A stretch of 64,000 nucleotides of DNA from Spirochaetia bacterium (GTDB taxonomy: Bacteria; Spirochaetota; Spirochaetia; SP-2023), in assembly GCA_965263295.1 (NCBI GenBank), contig OZ253665.1:1504001-1568000 (forward strand). Reading direction: 5' to 3'. A program made the translations under genes and the position numbers. This document shows, piece by piece, positions 1 through 10,193 of the stretch. Each line of letters starts with the position of its first letter. Positions within the stretch are counted from its first letter, which is position 1. The notes under the pieces are model-generated. The model saw only the letters and a list, made by a program, of their open reading frames with translations, did no database searches and had not been told where the DNA came from.

Positions 1-47
1 TCATTGCTCTCCTGCGCAAAACGCTATAAAGAAAGGAAGAAAAATTG

Positions 48-848
48 ATGTCGCTATCCTGTTCTCAATTGTCTGTCGCTTATGATCGTCACACCGCACT
101 TAAGGATTTTGATCTCTTCTGCAGGAAAGGAGAGGTTCGGGCATTAATTGGCCCCAACGGCTCTGGAAAAAGCACGGCCCTGAGGGCTATTGCCGGTCTG
201 ATCAATCTGGTTGATGGCCAGGTTCAGATTGAGGAAAAGTCCATCCGCTCAATGTCAAGGCGTTTGTTGGCCAAACATTTTGCCTTTTTGCCGCAGCATC
301 CGACGGCGCCCGACGAAATGACTGTAGCCCAATTGGTTCGCCAGGGACGGTTTGCCCATGTCGGTCTCTTCAGACGCTACAGTTTGAGAGATGAGGCCGC
401 AATTCGCTGGGCTCTTGAGATCACCAATTTGACCGGATTCGTCGATAGAAGGCTCAACCAGCTGTCGGGAGGCGAACGTCAACGAGCCTGGATTGCGGCG
501 GTCATTGCCCAGCAAGCGCAGATTCTGCTCCTTGACGAGCCCACTTCTTTCCTCGATATCAGTTATCAAGTTGAAGTTCTAAATATTATCCATCGACTCA
601 GCGAAGAAAAGGGAATTACGGTCGTCATGGCGATTCACGACCTCAACCAGGCCATCGCAGTCTGTGATCGCATTTCTCTGCTTGACAGGGGTCTGCTCGC
701 CTTCGACGGCCATCCCCAGGCGCTGGTCAGTACAGATCTGATAAAGAAGGTTTTCAGGGTTCAAGGGACTTTTGTGCCAATTCGGGAAGGGGCTCCGCCC
801 CATTTCGACGTCGAACTGGTGCACAAGCCCTCCCCTCGCTCTCAATAA
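48..848 (+). CDS. Iron-siderophore/cobalamin-type ABC transporter ATP-binding protein (FecE/FhuC-like)
   Basis: Walker A GPNGSGKST, signature LSGGERQR, Walker B LLLDEPT, HDLNQA motif; upstream bases 1-29 read IALLRKTL*, plausibly the end of the permease. Confidence 0.9.
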   Translation: MSLSCSQLSVAYDRHTALKDFDLFCRKGEVRALIGPNGSGKSTALRAIAGLINLVDGQVQIEEKSIRSMSRRLLAKHFAFLPQHPTAPDEMTVAQLVRQGRFAHVGLFRRYSLRDEAAIRWALEITNLTGFVDRRLNQLSGGERQRAWIAAVIAQQAQILLLDEPTSFLDISYQVEVLNIIHRLSEEKGITVVMAIHDLNQAIAVCDRISLLDRGLLAFDGHPQALVSTDLIKKVFRVQGTFVPIREGAPPHFDVELVHKPSPRSQ

Positions 849-1155
849 GGGCCCCAAAAAGTAGGAAATCAAAGTTATCTTGGTTTTGGTCTGGGGCGAC
901 TTTACATTTTGTCAGGGGTGGAGCGGCACGGCAACTTCTGAGGTAAGAGCAAGGGATGAAATATTTAATCCCCACCCATCTTGCGCGCTGCGCACGACTG
1001 GGTTTGTCGTTTCAGTTTCGTGGCCTGGGCGTCGTAATTGACGGCAAGTTTGCCGGCACGCCGAGGATGCCATGTTAAAGGATTCTCGCGGGGGGCTGTT
1101 TTCTGGCAACAAGGCTATCAGCAGGAAAGATGTTGCCTAGGCTAAGCACTCATAT

Positions 1156-1912
1156 CTAGAACAAGACGATTGTCGCGATGTAAATTGCCGATTCAAAAGT
1201 GTGCGCGCAACGATTATATCGCATCGCAATACGCCAGTAGTCTTTCAATTTAGCAAAAATATTCTCAACTTTATGCCACTTTTTATAACTCGTTTTATAA
1301 TATCCTATTGGTTCCTTACGGTTCCCCTGACAGGGAATACAAGTCCCAATATTCTGATCTGCAAGCATTTTTCTTACTCTCAAGCTATCGTAGTCCCGAT
1401 CCCCAATCAGCACTTGCGCCGCGGGCAACTCAGAAAGCAAACATCTGCACCTTTGAAATCGCTTCTCTGACCTTCGTTCAGAACATGCAATTGGCTATTC
1501 ATACCTCCAAAGATATTGAATGGTACGCCCGATCAAGCGTGGCTCGCTGCCTTTTTTTGAGACTTGATGTCGTGCGGTGTGCCTTGAGATGGGTGGCGTC
1601 AATCATCAGCATATCCGCCTCTGCAGCGCTTGGTTTGGCCAGTTCTTCAAAGATATTTTTGAAAACACCGTTTTTTGACCTGCGAGCAAAACGGTTGTAA
1701 AGTGTTTTATAGGGGCCGTATTCAGGCGGAGCATCACAGCAGCGCGAACCATTGCGGATAATGAAGATAATACCGCCGAGGACACGTTTGTCATCAACCC
1801 TGGGACGACCGTGAGACTTTGGGAAATAGGGTTTAAGACGCGATTTCTGCTCATCGCTCAACCAAAATAGATTGCCCATAAATTGCCCATAAATTGCCCA
1901 TAAATTGCCCAT
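1156..1912 (-). pseudogene. IS5 transposase in two ORFs (1499-1912 and 1156-1440) with additional indels
   Basis: OrfA has GRPRVDDKRVL, YGPYKTLYNRF and MIDATHLKAHR; OrfB has IGDRDYDS and KVENIFAKLKD; A7 run at 1552-1558; linker segments GSEPRLIGRT and GGMNSQLH lie in different frames and part of the linker appears missing. Confidence 0.8.
1871..1912. repeat. 11-bp tandem repeat (ATTGCCCATAA) x ~3.8 covering the transposase start codon
   Basis: Read directly from the sequence. Confidence 0.95.
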
Positions 1913-2161
1913 GGGTAGGCTCCGTTTTAGGGATATTGAATCACTTTACTCTCTTGGAGTCAATGGGTCCTGAGCCTAGGAACATACGGGCCAGGCAATG
2001 GCCTGACGACTTGAGACTCTGGCGCCTCCCCCAGCCTTTTACGTTTGCTCTTTGATTGCCAGAATATTTCTTGAAATTGTTTAGAGATGGCTATCGGACT
2101 TGTCGAATTTGCAGCATAAATGTATTATGCTCGTTATATATGCTGAGGAAATTAACCGGTA

Positions 2162-3268
2162 ATGCCTGTGACATACGACGAAGCCGAAAATGATAATCGC
2201 GGCACATACGCTGCCGCAATGGCCGAAAGTGATGCTCTGGAGCGGAAGCTGCAGGACCCAGGACGGCGCCAGGATTATCGCATGCTCACTGGCGACCGTC
2301 CCACCGGCCGATTGCACATCGGCCACTACTTTGGTTCGCTGTGCAATCGTGTTGCCTTGCAGTCTCTAGGGCTGGAAACTTTTATTGTCATCGCGGACTA
2401 CCAGGTTCTGACGGATCGCGATCGGGGCGAGTGCATTGAGTATTTTACCCGTCAACTATGCCTTGATTATCTTTCTGTAGGTCTCGACCCAGAAAGCTAC
2501 CCGGTACATATTTTTATTCACAGTCAGGTTCCAGAACTCAACCAACTCTTCGTGCCGTTCTTGACTTTGGTCAGTCAGCGCGAACTGGAGCGCAATCCGA
2601 CTACTAAAGATGAATTGCAGTTTTCCCAGTTGGAACAACTGACCGCTTCTTTATTGACGTACCCGGTGCATCAAGCCGCGGATATTTTGTTTTGTCACGG
2701 CAATGTGGTTCCTGTGGGGAAAGACCAATTGCCCCATATTGAGTTGACGCGTGACATAGCGCGCCGTTTCAACAAACGTTATAGCCCGAAAGAAGCTTAT
2801 TTTGCCCGCCCCGTTGGCCTCTTGAGTGCGGCTCCTTCAATTATGGGCTTGGATGGTTCGGCCAAAATGAGTAAGAGCCGCGACAATAGTATTGAGTTGG
2901 CAGCGAGCGCGGACGAAGTGACAAAGGCGATCAAAAAGGCTAAAACCGATGGCGAGCGTCACATCACTTATGAGCCAGAACGGCGTCCAGAGGTGGCCAA
3001 CCTCTTACAAATGCTTTCTTTGTGCAGTGGTGAGTCGCCGCAAGTTGTCGCCGAGGGCATCGGCGCACGCGGGGCCGGAACCTTGAAACAAAAGCTGACG
3101 GAGGCTTTAAATGCCAAGCTGCAGCCAATTCGCCAGCGCCGCAGCGAGCTGGAACAAAACATGGACTATGTCGAGCAGGTGTTGCGCAATGGTTGCGAAG
3201 TGGCGCGGCAGCGCGCGGCAGCAACAATGAGACAAGTTCACGAGTTATTGGGAACCTATGTTCTGTGA
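2162..3268 (+). CDS. trpS: Tryptophan--tRNA ligase
   Basis: TGDRPTGRLHIGH, YPVHQAADIL, VPVGKDQLPH, KMSKS motifs. Confidence 0.96.
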   Translation: MPVTYDEAENDNRGTYAAAMAESDALERKLQDPGRRQDYRMLTGDRPTGRLHIGHYFGSLCNRVALQSLGLETFIVIADYQVLTDRDRGECIEYFTRQLCLDYLSVGLDPESYPVHIFIHSQVPELNQLFVPFLTLVSQRELERNPTTKDELQFSQLEQLTASLLTYPVHQAADILFCHGNVVPVGKDQLPHIELTRDIARRFNKRYSPKEAYFARPVGLLSAAPSIMGLDGSAKMSKSRDNSIELAASADEVTKAIKKAKTDGERHITYEPERRPEVANLLQMLSLCSGESPQVVAEGIGARGAGTLKQKLTEALNAKLQPIRQRRSELEQNMDYVEQVLRNGCEVARQRAAATMRQVHELLGTYVL

Positions 3269-4028
3269 GTCTGGCCTTTCGGGGCCGCGTTACAGTGCGG
3301 CCCTGCTTGTGGCCGGCGGTGCGCCCAGCGATGGACAGTTGGCGCCTTTTATTCCTCAGGCTGAACGGCAAGAAATTTGCTGGATTGCCGCCGATGGCGG
3401 CTGTCGTCTGTCTTCTCGTTATAACGTGGAACTCGAAGCTACGATTGGCGATTTTGACTCGGCTCCCGCACCAGAAGCCGGGCGACAGATAGCGCTGGGG
3501 AGGCAGCTGCATTACGACAGAGCCAAAGACGAAAGTGACCGCAATTTGGCGCTGGAGTACTTAGCAGCCCAAGGCCATCGGCATATTGTTCAGATTGGCG
3601 GCGGCGGCGGCCGCAGCGACCATTTTCTGGCCATGGTTTATGATTATCAATCGCAGCGCCTGAATGTCGTACCCAAATTGTGGCTGACGGACCGTGAAGC
3701 GATTTTTTACTTGGATGAAGGTGAAGAATTGCGCTTGTCTCTCGCCATCGGCCAGCTGGTTTCGACCTTTCCCCTGACATTGCAAACGCGCCTGCATTCG
3801 CAGAATCTGCAATGGCCTCTGAGCGCGGTAGAGGCGTTCGGGACAATTGAGGAGGGTTCTGCCCTGCCTTACAGTCTGAGTAACTGGGTGGCAGCTTCAT
3901 GCCCAAATGAAGCAAGTGGAGCAACGGCGGTTTGTGTCGATCGGGGATCGGCACTGGTGTTTTGTCCGTTTTCTGAGCAGAATACTTCGTATGAGTCTGC
4001 TTGCCCTGATCAGGTACTGAAAACTTGA
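3258..4028 (+). CDS. thiN: Thiamine diphosphokinase
   Basis: IAADGG, IGDFDS, KDESD, GGGGRSDH motifs. Confidence 0.85.
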   Translation: MFCESGLSGPRYSAALLVAGGAPSDGQLAPFIPQAERQEICWIAADGGCRLSSRYNVELEATIGDFDSAPAPEAGRQIALGRQLHYDRAKDESDRNLALEYLAAQGHRHIVQIGGGGGRSDHFLAMVYDYQSQRLNVVPKLWLTDREAIFYLDEGEELRLSLAIGQLVSTFPLTLQTRLHSQNLQWPLSAVEAFGTIEEGSALPYSLSNWVAASCPNEASGATAVCVDRGSALVFCPFSEQNTSYESACPDQVLKT

Positions 4029-4101
4029 ACGAATGGACTACAATAACCGTAAGGTTTATTCCCATATTAACTTATATTAACTTTGTATCATGGAAATCTG
4101 A

Positions 4102-5097
4102 ATGACTAAAATACAATTGCAGAATTTGGACCAACTTGAATTAATTCAGATTGCTGTCAATCTGCGGATATTGCCGCAAAATTATACGAAAATGCGACAA
4201 ATGACTGTAGAAGGAAGATCTGAGGAAGATGATGCGGCCATTTTTGCAGGTACATTCCTAGATGAAGATGAGCGAGAAGAACTAATCAATGAAGTTTTTG
4301 AGCTACTTGCAGAACAGCACCTTGAGTCGCTCAATGATTTGACTTCCCCGCTGCGAGAGTCTTTGCACAAGTTTGAACTGGAGTTGGATAGCACTAGTAA
4401 CCTGGCTAGCCCCTTGCCGGCAGATTATCTCCTCAACTGCCAGGGCCTGACCAAAAATAAATTACATTTTATGTTGCGGGACATGGAATGGGCAGTGGTC
4501 TTTTGGCAGTTGTCTAGTGAAATTCAAGCCATTATTCAGGATGAGGAGCGCTCTCAATACCAGCGCCGCAATGGCCAATTGCCCCAATACGACTACGCTA
4601 CGACAGCGGGGGAATGGGAAGAGTCCAGTCTGAGTATTGTTATTCACGAAAGTGTCAATATGCCTAAATTTGGTCTGCAATCCAGGCCGGGAACCTCGCA
4701 AGGAAGTTTCGCGCGCGCTTACCACCGGGGCCGCGTCCGGCCATCCAGGGATGGGCAAGTTGCTGGAGTCAGGGGATTCGGCTCTCTGGAGAGTGGTGCC
4801 GAGACCATTCTGTACTCATTTTCAGTGAATAGCCATGATTATAAGCGTTATGTGTATTTGCACAGCAACTGTAATTATTATTGGACAGAATTATACAAAT
4901 ACGATATTGAGCATCATTGCCGGCTCTTGTTGGCACGCTCTGCAATTATATTTAAGCCAGCCTTGCTACAGTTGGACCTGTTAGAGCCCACAACTAGTGG
5001 TGAGGAACAGGCCATTCGCAAGCTTTATGAATTTTCAAATAGCGTTCCAAAGGAACTGGGTGCTTCGCCCAATTTTTCTGCGGCCAGCATTGCCTGA
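4102..5097 (+). CDS. DUF4912-like protein
   Basis: LHFMLRDMEWAVVFWQL resembles the DUF4912 LxLLPRDPxWAYAYW motif; directly upstream of a GH57 gene, the usual context. Confidence 0.6.
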   Translation: MTKIQLQNLDQLELIQIAVNLRILPQNYTKMRQMTVEGRSEEDDAAIFAGTFLDEDEREELINEVFELLAEQHLESLNDLTSPLRESLHKFELELDSTSNLASPLPADYLLNCQGLTKNKLHFMLRDMEWAVVFWQLSSEIQAIIQDEERSQYQRRNGQLPQYDYATTAGEWEESSLSIVIHESVNMPKFGLQSRPGTSQGSFARAYHRGRVRPSRDGQVAGVRGFGSLESGAETILYSFSVNSHDYKRYVYLHSNCNYYWTELYKYDIEHHCRLLLARSAIIFKPALLQLDLLEPTTSGEEQAIRKLYEFSNSVPKELGASPNFSAASIA

Positions 5098-5166
5098 TCC
5101 ATCCTAATGAATCAGGCAATTTCTTTTTTTTAGCGATGAATACAGCATCTTAGGACGGACGCTTAT

Positions 5167-6849
5167 ATGAAGGACAAGCATTATTTCAGCCTCTTGCTTC
5201 ACGCTCATCTGCCCTACGTCCATCATCCGGAGCAGCCGTCATATCTGGAAGAAAATTGGCTTTACGAAGCGATCAGCGAGACTTATATACCCTTGTTGCA
5301 AATATTGGAGCGTTTGGAACGGGACCAAGTGCCCTGTCGCTTGGCCATTTCACTCTCGTCAACCCTCTTGGCGATGCTTGACCACCCTAATTTACAGGCT
5401 CGCTACCTTGACTACCTGAGGCGCCAGTCGGAATTGTGCCAGACCCTAATTCAGAATTGGCGCTGTTCAACGGAGGAAAAAGCTTTATTGCAACACTATT
5501 TGCAGTTTTACCAAGATAACTATGTGTTGTTTCAGCATAACTACCGGTGCGAATTGATCCCAAGTTTTCGCCGTTTTCGCGACAAAGGCATGCTGGAGTT
5601 AATTTGTACAGCTGCCACACATGCTTTTCTGCCAAATTTCCAGCAATATCCGGCTTTAGTGCGGCAACAAATCCGTTTGGCGATCGCCACCTTTGAAAAA
5701 TATTTCGGCTGTTTGGAGCCCCAGGATTCACTCGGATTTTGGCTGCCAGAATGTGGTTATTACGACGGCCTGGATAGAATCCTGGTGGAAGAAGGAGTGC
5801 GTTATTGTTATATCGCGCTGCATGGGCTTTTGGGTAGCTCGCTGAATATTTCGGACAACAGTGCTGTGACGAGTAGCCATTTGCCGCGGTGCGGCAGCTT
5901 TGCACCTGTACAAAGCCCGGAAGGTTTGATCTTGTTCCCGCGCGAGCGGGCCAGTTCGGCCATTATATGGGATCAGCAAATCGGTTTTCCCGCAGCCAAG
6001 GCATATCGAGATTTCTATCAGGATGTCGGCTACAGAGCTGATATCGATGTTGTAAGGCCCCATTTGCCTTTTGGCCTACGCTATTATACCGGCATCAAGC
6101 TGTGGCGCATAGAAAGGCTGCCGGGCGGAGCTCCCTGTGCATATGAAAAAGATAATGCGGTAGCTCAGGCCCGCGATCACGCTGTGCAGTTTTTGCAAAA
6201 CCTGAGTGCTCATAGCCGGCAAGCGGCTTCTTTGATGCCGCGCACACCACTGATTAGTACGGTTTACGATGCCGAGCTTTTTGGACACTGGTGGAATGAG
6301 GGCCCCGTGTTTCTTGAACAGCTGTTGCGTCGTAACCATGAGCAGCGATTATCGGGGCAGTCAAACTTAGAGTTTGTTACCCCCAGTGAATATCTCCAAA
6401 GAGAGTCACGGTTTCAGATTTTACATCCTTGTTTCAGCAGTTGGGGTAAAGATGGCTATGCCCAAGTCTGGTTAGACCAGAAAAATGATTGGATCTATCC
6501 ACAGCTTTTTGAGCTTTATGAAAATATTGAAATGATTTTGGCTCAGAGGTCCATGCAAAACCTGAATCAGAATGTAATAGATGAATACGGTCTTTATCAG
6601 CAAGAAGCGATCAAACTATTAATTTGTAATTTTAGCCTGGCTTGCGCTTCGGACTGGGCGTTTATGATGAAATCTGATACCAGCAAGGACTATGCCATTG
6701 TTCGCACAAATGAGCATATTCAGAATGCTTCTAAGATTTTGCAGGGCTTTGTTCGCAAGAAATTTGATAGCAACTGGCTGATGCAATTAAGGCAAAAGAA
6801 TCGTATATTTTTAGACTTGGATATTGAAAATTTTTTCTTATACAAATAA
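5167..6849 (+). CDS. GH57 1,4-alpha-glucan branching enzyme (DUF1957)
   Basis: LHAHLPYV, EAISETYIP, GFWLPEC, YDAELFGHWW, SSWG and ASDWAF motifs. Confidence 0.93.
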   Translation: MKDKHYFSLLLHAHLPYVHHPEQPSYLEENWLYEAISETYIPLLQILERLERDQVPCRLAISLSSTLLAMLDHPNLQARYLDYLRRQSELCQTLIQNWRCSTEEKALLQHYLQFYQDNYVLFQHNYRCELIPSFRRFRDKGMLELICTAATHAFLPNFQQYPALVRQQIRLAIATFEKYFGCLEPQDSLGFWLPECGYYDGLDRILVEEGVRYCYIALHGLLGSSLNISDNSAVTSSHLPRCGSFAPVQSPEGLILFPRERASSAIIWDQQIGFPAAKAYRDFYQDVGYRADIDVVRPHLPFGLRYYTGIKLWRIERLPGGAPCAYEKDNAVAQARDHAVQFLQNLSAHSRQAASLMPRTPLISTVYDAELFGHWWNEGPVFLEQLLRRNHEQRLSGQSNLEFVTPSEYLQRESRFQILHPCFSSWGKDGYAQVWLDQKNDWIYPQLFELYENIEMILAQRSMQNLNQNVIDEYGLYQQEAIKLLICNFSLACASDWAFMMKSDTSKDYAIVRTNEHIQNASKILQGFVRKKFDSNWLMQLRQKNRIFLDLDIENFFLYK

Positions 6850-6955
6850 TTTAATATTAAAATTTATCCCGTATTTTTGAATTTATCGACAGTAGATAAA
6901 GATATCTATGTTTTTACTGGCTGTATGCAAATACTAAATGGTTAGAATAAAAATT

Positions 6956-7039
6956 TGCCGGGGACCGGAGTCGAACCGGCACGCCCTTACGGGCATGGGA
7001 TTTTAAGTCCCAGGTGTCTACCAATTCCACCACCCCGGC
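6956..7039 (-). tRNA. tRNA-Leu (anticodon TAA)
   Basis: GCCGGGGTGGTGGAATTGGTAGAC...TGGGA-CTTAAAA-TCCCA, long variable arm, GGTTCGACTCC. Confidence 0.96.
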
Positions 7040-7094
7040 GTCTGTATGCAGCAAGAGCTAACAATATAACGAAGGCCGTGAACACGGTCAATAA

Positions 7095-7263
7095 ACACCC
7101 GCCAACGCCGTAGAGCAGCTAGAGCACTTGAACACTAGAGATTCAAAAAGGGCAGGCCAGGAATACATCGGCGAATGGGTATCTCGCCTCAACATCCCAA
7201 AACAGTGCCGTGTGCTATATTATTAGGCCAAGAGAATAGGGCCCATACGAACGCAGCAGGCAT
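7095..7263 (-). ncRNA. ssrS: 6S RNA
   Basis: Directly downstream of zapA (conserved synteny); 5' TGCCTGCTGCGTTCG pairs with 3' ACGGCGTTGGCGGGTG; internal TTGAA...TTCAAG element; ends approximate. Confidence 0.8.
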
Positions 7264-7275
7264 AGCCAGTATACT

Positions 7276-7593
7276 TTATTCCGAGTCTTGAGGCAACTCG
7301 TAGGGCAATTGAGCGAGTTCTTGTAACATTTTTTTTACCAATATTTCGGCCGCCATGCCGTCTTCATGGGAAAGTAATTTTTCACGTTCGGCTCGTTCTG
7401 TCAGCAAGTCATCGACCAGTAAAAAAGCTGTAATAATAGCTATTTTCATTGAATCGTTAAGGCGCAGCGCATCTTGAGTCATGGCGACCTTGTGTTCTAA
7501 ATAGCGAAAAGCCTGTTCCATGTAAGCCGGATCGCAGTTGCTACGCAATTCAATGTTACTGCCCAGTAAAGAAAAACGGAATTGATTCTGCAT
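7276..7593 (-). CDS. zapA: Cell division protein ZapA
   Basis: Size and pattern (FSLLGSNIEL, KIAIITAFLLVDDL); synteny with rplT and 6S RNA. Confidence 0.85.
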   Translation of the reverse strand: MQNQFRFSLLGSNIELRSNCDPAYMEQAFRYLEHKVAMTQDALRLNDSMKIAIITAFLLVDDLLTERAEREKLLSHEDGMAAEILVKKMLQELAQLPYELPQDSE

Positions 7594-7636
7594 GAATTCG
7601 GATTAGGGGAGAGCGTATAGCTGAGTGGCAATGGGA

Positions 7637-8527
7637 TTAGAAAATTTCCGCGTCATCATCAAGTTCCGTTTCTGGAAAACCCAGGCCTCCTTCATTGGGC
7701 GCAGAATGAGGCCGGTTTTCTTGCGCATCGTTGAGGGCGGACAAGTTTTCTTCTAGGGCCAATAAACTATCGCCGCTGAGACCCAGGGAGATATCCAAGG
7801 AATGAGAAAGTTTTTCTCGTTCCAGTTCCGTGATTTCTCCAGAAAGGCTGGCACTTGTGTCATTTAATTCTTCGGCGACTTCTGTCATCGACCGGTGATG
7901 TATATTAGAATCTATTTCATCTTTCTCGGTCAGCTCTTGCGCAGAGACTGCGCTCTGCTGTAACCCTTCGCTCAAGGCATGACCTAAAGACTGATTCAAA
8001 ATTTTTGATTGACTTGTTTTACTTTGCACCGCCGCTAAATCTGGCGCTGCGGCAGAAATGGCAGCGGTAGCTTCAGGCATAGATTGTGCCGTCGGTTTGC
8101 GTTTTAGCGAATTCTCAAAATCATTTTCGCTAACGTGTTTAGGATCGACATTGCCGCGCCGTTCCATAAATTTTAGGCTATCAATAGGACTAACTTTAGG
8201 TATTTCCAGTTTTTTTACCGCGTTATCTTCCAATTCTATGGACGCATCAGCGACGACGGATGCCTGAGATGTGAAGCTGTCAATCTCTGCGGCAGTTTCT
8301 TCAGACTGTAAGTCCTGAAGCTCATCCAGCAATTCATTGACTTCCGTTTCGATTAATTGCTGGTTCTTCTCCAGGTCGCGATTTTCTTGAGAAAGGCCGT
8401 CTAGATCCCCTTCATATTGCAGCAATTTTTGCCGCAGTTCGGCATTTTCTCGTTCAAGCACACGCATGCGCGATACAGTTGTATGAACCATTTCCCGAAG
8501 TTGCTGCAACTGTTCCAGAGAAATCAT
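7637..8527 (-). CDS. ZapB-like coiled-coil protein with long acidic C-terminal extension
   Basis: MISLEQLQQL...LERENAELRQKL heptads, upstream of zapA. Confidence 0.6.
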   Translation of the reverse strand: MISLEQLQQLREMVHTTVSRMRVLERENAELRQKLLQYEGDLDGLSQENRDLEKNQQLIETEVNELLDELQDLQSEETAAEIDSFTSQASVVADASIELEDNAVKKLEIPKVSPIDSLKFMERRGNVDPKHVSENDFENSLKRKPTAQSMPEATAAISAAAPDLAAVQSKTSQSKILNQSLGHALSEGLQQSAVSAQELTEKDEIDSNIHHRSMTEVAEELNDTSASLSGEITELEREKLSHSLDISLGLSGDSLLALEENLSALNDAQENRPHSAPNEGGLGFPETELDDDAEIF

Positions 8528-8585
8528 AGTATCTCATCTCCCGACTGGGTAATGCTCTCCCAAGAGAGTCATCGGTGTCACCAAT

Positions 8586-8638
8586 AAAAATTGCCTTGAC
8601 CATAGCGCAGATATAGCGCATGCAGCGGCCAAGGCAAT
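8586..8638 (-). terminator. Intrinsic terminator after rplT
   Basis: Stem ATTGCCTTGGCC / GGTCAAGGCAAT followed by a T-run on the minus strand. Confidence 0.6.
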
Positions 8639-8660
8639 CCGTGTGGCATTCTGCCCAGCT

Positions 8661-9011
8661 TTAGCGCGGACGAACTTGTTCGACGATGGCGCTGAAAGCC
8701 TTGGGATCCTCAATAGCCATGTTGGACAGAGCTTTGCGGTTCAGCTGGACCTTATTTTTGATGACTCCAGCCATGAACTGCGAGTAGCTCAAACCTTGCT
8801 CGCGGCAGGCGGCAGAAATTCGCGCTATCCACAGACGGCGAAAGTCGCGTTTTTTGCGCTTGCGGTCGCGATAGGCATAAGCGCCAGCTTTAGCCGTTGC
8901 ATCTTTGGCCTGGCGAAGAAGTTTACCCGGTTTCCCGCGAAATCCCTTGGCTCTTTCGAGTACTTTTTTACTGCGATCTTTGCGACGTGTCCCATCAATA
9001 GCTCTCGGCAT
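8661..9011 (-). CDS. rplT: 50S ribosomal protein L20
   Basis: AKGFRG, YAYRDRKRKKRDFRRLWIARI. Confidence 0.98.
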   Translation of the reverse strand: MPRAIDGTRRKDRSKKVLERAKGFRGKPGKLLRQAKDATAKAGAYAYRDRKRKKRDFRRLWIARISAACREQGLSYSQFMAGVIKNKVQLNRKALSNMAIEDPKAFSAIVEQVRPR

Positions 9012-9054
9012 TTCCTGACTCCAATAAAATAAAAAGTAATGTACTTGGCTGGGC

Positions 9055-9252
9055 CTAACTGTAAGGCAGCATACGGCGGGCTCTTGTAAATTCGACCTTG
9101 TCTAGCACAGCTCCCTTGCGCAATCTGCGTTTGCGCTTGGCTGATTTTTTGGTCAGAATATGGCGGAGCCCCTGTTTTTTGATCACAATTTTTCCGGAAC
9201 CGGTCACCTTGTAACGGGAAGCGGCAGCTTTGCGAGTCTTCATCTTTGGCAT
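9055..9252 (-). CDS. rpmI: 50S ribosomal protein L35
   Basis: [28 protein letters not shown]. Confidence 0.98.
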   Translation of the reverse strand: MPKMKTRKAAASRYKVTGSGKIVIKKQGLRHILTKKSAKRKRRLRKGAVLDKVEFTRARRMLPYS

Positions 9253-9295
9253 ACATTCACCCTCTATATCCGCCTGTGCTAAGCATAAGAAAATT

Positions 9296-9841
9296 CTATT
9301 TTTTAGAAGCAGATTTTCTGGCGCTGAGTATCATACTCAACAGGCGCCCCTCCATTTTGGGACGCGAATCAATATTATAACTATGTTCTTCAAGATGTGC
9401 AAGGACTTTATTTAAGACGTTGTCGCCCAAGTACTCGGTGTGGGCCAATTCGCGGCCGCGGAAGCGGACGGTTACTTTGACCTTGAAGCCTTCTGTAAGA
9501 AAATTCTGAATCTGTCGGGTTTTGAAAACGACGTCATGTTCGTTAATTTTCGGCTGCATGCGGATTTCTTTGAATTTGGTCTGCTGCTGGTGTTTTTTCT
9601 GTTCGCGTTGCCGTTTCTCTTGCTCAAATTTGAATTTGCCGTAGTTGATAATTTTACAGACGGGAGGTCGGGCCTGTGGCGCGACTTCCACTAGGTCCAG
9701 GCCGAGCTGTTCTGCTTGCTGCAATGCTTGTCGAAGGGGAATAACCCCTATTTTTTCTTCTTGGGGGCCAATAAGGAAAACTTCCTGCGATTTTATCTGG
9801 CGATTTATGGCCAGGTCCTTCTTTTTTACATTTGCAGACAA
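9296..9841 (-). CDS. infC: Translation initiation factor IF-3
   Basis: [38 protein letters not shown]; non-ATG start. Confidence 0.97.
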   Translation of the reverse strand: MSANVKKKDLAINRQIKSQEVFLIGPQEEKIGVIPLRQALQQAEQLGLDLVEVAPQARPPVCKIINYGKFKFEQEKRQREQKKHQQQTKFKEIRMQPKINEHDVVFKTRQIQNFLTEGFKVKVTVRFRGRELAHTEYLGDNVLNKVLAHLEEHSYNIDSRPKMEGRLLSMILSARKSASKK

Positions 9842-10193
9842 AAAAACGTCCTTTTCCCGCCGGGGTACGGATATTTTACCGATGCCCTTGCCATTGCTCT
9901 TGCCCTGGCTACACTTGGGGATATTAAGATGAATCCTGAAAAGTCATTCAGGATTCTAAATTTGTAAGGAATTATGTGAAAATTGTGTGTTTTGTCCAGC
10001 TCATTTACTGGATATCAAGCCGGTTTGTAAAATTGAGTCCCCCTAGATTTTATTTTCTAGATTTTATTTGCTAGATTCTATTTTTTACCGAATTTTGCCT
10101 CCCTCGTGCCGAGAGATCCTCTTTGGCGCGCCGCTGTGCAAGGCCGGCACTAGAGCCGGCAATTTTTATTTTCTGAGATCCTGTGCCATTCTG

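Larger units (their letters stand above)
1140..1976 (-). mobile_element. IS5-family (IS427 group) insertion sequence, 837 bp, degenerate
   Basis: Imperfect terminal inverted repeats GGCTAAGCACTCAT and (reverse complement of right end) GGCTCAGGACCCAT; TA on both flanks (1138-1139, 1977-1978); two transposase ORFs inside. Confidence 0.88.

Noticed and set aside
850..1139. Gene remnant between the ABC gene and the IS
   Set aside because: The frames I translated gave no recognisable protein motif.
1980..2161. T-box leader upstream of trpS
   Set aside because: No T-box consensus or terminator/antiterminator visible.
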